The position numbers and the translations under genes are program-made. Below, piece after piece: positions 61,656 through 64,000 of a stretch of DNA of 64,000 bases; position 1 is the stretch's first letter; every line of letters begins with the position of its first letter. The stretch lies in the NCBI GenBank assembly GCA_031962025.1, contig JAVRKW010000002.1; one strand, 5' to 3'. The notes under the pieces were generated by a model. The model searched no databases, was not told where the DNA came from, and saw nothing but the letters and a program-made list of their open reading frames with translations. The DNA is from Pseudothermotoga sp. (GTDB lineage Bacteria > Thermotogota > Thermotogae > Thermotogales > DSM-5069).

Positions 61656-63674
61656 ATGAAAAAGATGTATATTGTTTTTTTACTTGTTTTTCCAGTATTT
61701 ATTTTTGGTCTGGAAACGATAAGGTTTGTGAGCGGTGAAGATTATCCTCCATTCATCTGGATGGATGAAACAGGAAAACCCGCTGGAATAACGGTTCAAA
61801 TACTGGAATTACTTGAAAAGAAAACTGGCGTTTCTTTTGAAATAGAACTGATGCCATTTTCTCAAGCCCTGGAAAAACTCCAGTCAAATCAGGCAGATAT
61901 GATTAATTTCATCTTCAAAACTCCAGAAAGGGAGAAAATCTTTCTTTTTTCAGAACCGGTGATGAATCTTGAAAGCAGGGTGTATTTCAGAAAATCTTTG
62001 AACATAAAGTCTTTTTCAGATCTAACACCTTATTTGGTTGGAGTGGTCAGGTCCGATGCAAACGAGCAGTTGCTCAGATCAAAAAATCCTTCCGTAGTCT
62101 TCAAATACTATGAAAACAACAAGGATATGATTTTAGACGCCAAATCCGGCGGTATCGATGTTTTTATAATGGATGATCTTCCAGCACAGTTTTATATGAT
62201 AAAAGAGGGGATTTTTCACCAGTTTTCATCACTTCCACCTGTTTCAATTCAGCAAGTCTACTTTGCCTTTCCAGCCAACAGAAATGATATTGCCCAGATC
62301 ATAAACAAAGGTCTATCCCAAATAACCAAAAAAGAACTGCAAAATGCAATCGGTCCTTTTGTCAAACCGACTTATTTTATTCCGCTATGGGTCTGGTATT
62401 CACTGGCTATTGGTGCGGCGGTTTTTACTGGCATTTTTATAATGGTTTTGTTTTTGAACCGCCATCTTGCCAGAATGGTGGAAAAAAAGACAGCAGAGCT
62501 GAACATGAAAAACCAGGAACTTGTAGCGGCAAATGAAGAGCTCGATGCTTTAAACGAAGAACTGAGAGCATCTTTTGAGGAATTAGAAGCCATGAACGAA
62601 GAACTCGTTCAGACCAACAAAGAGCTTGAGCAGACAAACAGGCGGATGCTTGAGTTTCAAAATGCATTTATCGAGCTCTTAGATATTGCCTCGAAGATGA
62701 CTTATGAAAGTATTCAGGAGAAAGACTTCTTGTTCGATTTACTCAGAATCTTTAAAAAGTACGCAAATACAGATCATATAGGAGTAGCTTTGAGATCAAG
62801 TGAACAGGGTAAGACATTGTTTGTGATCTGCCGCGATGATAGGGTGATATCTCAAAGAATTGATGAATTTATAGACTTTCAGGATCAGTCCTTGAATGAG
62901 AAAATGAAAAAGATAGCATTGCAGGTTTGTGAAGAGCCTTTTGAAAAAACAGGTGAATGTAAATTACAGCTTATAAAGTCAACAAATACGATCCATGGAG
63001 TGCTATTTTACAGTATAAATAACCCATCTACTTCTGAGAAAGATTTACAAAGGCTTGCCGATTTAATATCTGCCTTTCTTTCGTTGAGAAGTTACATAAG
63101 AGAGCAGGGAATATTCCACAGAAGACTACTTGTTGTTATGACCAAGGCACTTGAATACTACGATTATTACACAAGAGGTCACTCAGAAAATGTTGCAAAC
63201 TACGCTGCAAAATTTGCAGAATGGCTCAAGTTGGAAAAAGATGTGATCCGTAAACTCTACTGGGCGGGTCTTGTACACGATGTGGGGAAAATCTTTGTTG
63301 CTCAGCAGATTTTGAACAAAAATGGATATCTTTCATCTGAAGAGTACGAATATGTGAAAATCCATCCGGTGAAAAGTTATGAACTACTCGTTGAAGCTGG
63401 TCTTGAAGATATCGCAAATATCGTGAGATATCATCACGAAAGATACGATGGCAAAGGTTATCCAGAAGGTCTTGTTGGTGAGCAGATACCGTTTGAATCA
63501 AGGATACTGAGCCTGGCAGACAGTTTTGATGCCATGACATCAGATCGACCGTATAAAAAAGCGATGAGTATTCAAGAAGCAGTCGAAGAAATCAGACGCT
63601 GTAGCGGATCTCAATTTGATCCAAAACTTTCTCAGGAGTTTGTCAATATGATTGTCAATCATTATAACCTTTGA
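61656..63674 (+). CDS. HD-GYP phosphodiesterase with extracellular solute-binding sensor domain
   Basis: Signal peptide, SBP family 3-like (DYPPF), TM, ELxAxNEEL coiled coil, HDVGK, HHERYDGKGYP. Confidence 0.88.
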   Translation: MKKMYIVFLLVFPVFIFGLETIRFVSGEDYPPFIWMDETGKPAGITVQILELLEKKTGVSFEIELMPFSQALEKLQSNQADMINFIFKTPEREKIFLFSEPVMNLESRVYFRKSLNIKSFSDLTPYLVGVVRSDANEQLLRSKNPSVVFKYYENNKDMILDAKSGGIDVFIMDDLPAQFYMIKEGIFHQFSSLPPVSIQQVYFAFPANRNDIAQIINKGLSQITKKELQNAIGPFVKPTYFIPLWVWYSLAIGAAVFTGIFIMVLFLNRHLARMVEKKTAELNMKNQELVAANEELDALNEELRASFEELEAMNEELVQTNKELEQTNRRMLEFQNAFIELLDIASKMTYESIQEKDFLFDLLRIFKKYANTDHIGVALRSSEQGKTLFVICRDDRVISQRIDEFIDFQDQSLNEKMKKIALQVCEEPFEKTGECKLQLIKSTNTIHGVLFYSINNPSTSEKDLQRLADLISAFLSLRSYIREQGIFHRRLLVVMTKALEYYDYYTRGHSENVANYAAKFAEWLKLEKDVIRKLYWAGLVHDVGKIFVAQQILNKNGYLSSEEYEYVKIHPVKSYELLVEAGLEDIANIVRYHHERYDGKGYPEGLVGEQIPFESRILSLADSFDAMTSDRPYKKAMSIQEAVEEIRRCSGSQFDPKLSQEFVNMIVNHYNL

Positions 63675-63743
63675 ATACAACCTTTCGTGTACTTTCGTCC
63701 AGGAAAAATTCACCGGGTCCAGTTTCTTCGACGTTGAGTTTAC

Positions 63744-64000
63744 AAAAAAACAAGCCAGAAAGCACATTCCATTTATGGGATTGTGATGAATGGCTTAAGT
63801 TAGTCTGGTGATGAATGTGTATAATAAAAGTAGCAAGAAGTCACATAGAGGAGTTTAAACGGTGACAAAAGCTGAAAAGATTAAACAAACACTACAGCAA
63901 ACTAAAGAAAAAAGAAAGAATCAAATACCTGTGGTGTATCAACTAAAAATTAATCTCAACTCTGTATCTAAAGGAACAAAAGACAAACTCTCTAAGTTGT
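63744..64000 (+). mobile_element. Left end of a probable second IS200/IS605-family element (truncated by window)
   Basis: TTAC followed by AAAG at +16..+19 at the foot of an imperfect hairpin (63763-63785); AT-rich. Confidence 0.6.
63862..64000 (+). CDS. Partial ORF MTKAEKIKQTLQQTKEKRKNQIPVVYQLKINL..., probably TnpB-like
   Basis: GAGGAG RBS, GTG start, TATAAT at 63820; open to window end; family call from memory and context only. Confidence 0.5.
   Translation, partial: MTKAEKIKQTLQQTKEKRKNQIPVVYQLKINLNSVSKGTKDKLSKL

Noticed and set aside
62490..62640. Short repeated GAAGAA/AACGAAGAACT units resembling a repeat array
   Set aside because: They encode the ELxAxNEEL heptad coiled coil; not CRISPR or a DNA repeat.

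Overview
A dense core-genome region of a Thermotogota bacterium, most like Pseudothermotoga. This is inferred from protein similarity recalled from memory, GGAGGTG Shine-Dalgarno sites and the gene content. It carries housekeeping genes (pbp2, smc, nagA, thrS, ruvA, folC, valS, rplU-prp-rpmA-rplM-rpsI, dnaG-rpoD-phoH-pgpH-ybeY, pfkA-pyk, gcvTHPAPB, pfp, hppA, sdaAB/AA, ftsY, proS), two HD-GYP proteins and several hypothetical genes. No rRNA, tRNA or CRISPR array was seen. The most notable signals are unannotated: (1) a leader peptide with clustered Lys codons plus mutually exclusive protector, antiterminator and terminator hairpins in front of the dapH operon, a candidate ribosome-mediated lysine attenuator; (2) a 26-aa Lys/Pro/Glu-rich small ORF with its own promoter, RBS and terminator; (3) an IS200/IS605 element (51785-53211) with intact TnpB and a tnpA remnant, whose removal restores the reading frame of a degenerate amidohydrolase gene, giving a predicted TAM (TTTAA) and guide; (4) a third phosphofructokinase homologue with a degenerate active site directly behind the membrane pyrophosphatase; (5) a long hairpin leader before rplU; (6) a DUF2089/SHOCT-like three-gene module; (7) the left end of a second IS605-type element at the window edge. 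No database searches were run. Family calls rest on recognised motifs.
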